Under the pieces are notes generated by a model that saw nothing but the letters and a program-made list of their open reading frames with translations, did no database searches and was not told the origin of the DNA. 64,000 nt of DNA from contig NYTE01000024.1 of NCBI GenBank assembly GCA_002683335.1, forward strand, positions 3,611 to 67,610, read 5' to 3'. The stretch's first letter is position 1; the number at the start of each line of letters is the position of its first letter. Positions 63,677 to 64,000 of this stretch are shown one piece after another. Position numbers and translations under genes: made by a program. The stretch is from Halieaceae bacterium. GTDB taxonomy: Bacteria; Pseudomonadota; Gammaproteobacteria; Pseudomonadales; Halieaceae.

Positions 63677-64000
63677 TGCATTTTTACCTCGAGCCCGGAG
63701 GCAAGCTTGTCGGCAGTATTCGGGTGCCTGGCGACAAGTCCATGTCGCACAGAGTGATCATGCTGGGCGCCATTGCCGAGGGAAAAACCGACGTCAGTGG
63801 TTTTCTGGAGGGTGAGGACGCACTCTCCACTCTGGGTGCTTTTCGCAATATGGGTGTGATGATAAGTGAACCCGAATCTGGCCGGCTCTCTATTGAAGGC
63901 GTAGGACTTAGGGGGCTGCAGGCGCCGACCGGGATAATGGATGTAGGTAATTCCGGGACCAGTATTCGACTTATGGCAGGCTTGTTAGCGGGTCAAACAT
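63676..64000 (+). CDS. aroA: EPSP synthase (5' part; runs off the window)
   Basis: Not in the ORF track; read directly as [26 protein letters not shown]...GEDA...[11 protein letters not shown]. Confidence 0.95.
   Translation, partial: MHFYLEPGGKLVGSIRVPGDKSMSHRVIMLGAIAEGKTDVSGFLEGEDALSTLGAFRNMGVMISEPESGRLSIEGVGLRGLQAPTGIMDVGNSGTSIRLMAGLLAGQT

Overview
A gene-dense core-chromosome segment (roughly 55% GC, estimated by eye) from a gammaproteobacterium. Gene order and protein style suggest Cellvibrionales/Halieaceae (OM60/NOR5-like); this is an inference. In order: lpxC-M23-secA-argJ-mutT; type IV pilus pilA-pilB-pilC-pilD-coaE; glcB with a LysR regulator and a divergent acyl-CoA dehydrogenase-rraA; nadC/ampDE; a TPP-riboswitch-controlled thiamine salvage operon (TonB receptor, YkoF-like protein, PnuC/PnuT, kinase, coupled panE); a complete type II secretion operon gspC-N; two Na+/amino-acid symporters; a proteostasis-like cluster (75-aa ORF, VWA protein, Pam18-like membrane J-protein, 98-aa ORF, HtpX, DegP-like protease) divergent from msrA; rsmE, rimO, rluA, pdxJ, cyclophilin, yciB, PHP, yciO, scpAB, rluB; yciK-mupP-ubiG-mtaD; gyrA-serC-pheA-tyrA-aroA (partial). 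I saw no mobile elements, CRISPR arrays, tRNA or rRNA. The best novelty candidates are: (i) the VWA/J-protein/HtpX/DegP cluster, whose leader folds into a GC-rich three-way RNA junction abutting the Shine-Dalgarno (SD); (ii) a probable CTG start for pilD; (iii) a palindrome-rich pilA control region; (iv) panE coupled to the TPP operon. Product calls rest on recognised motifs and synteny, not database searches. Several start sites were moved from the ORF track by inspection.
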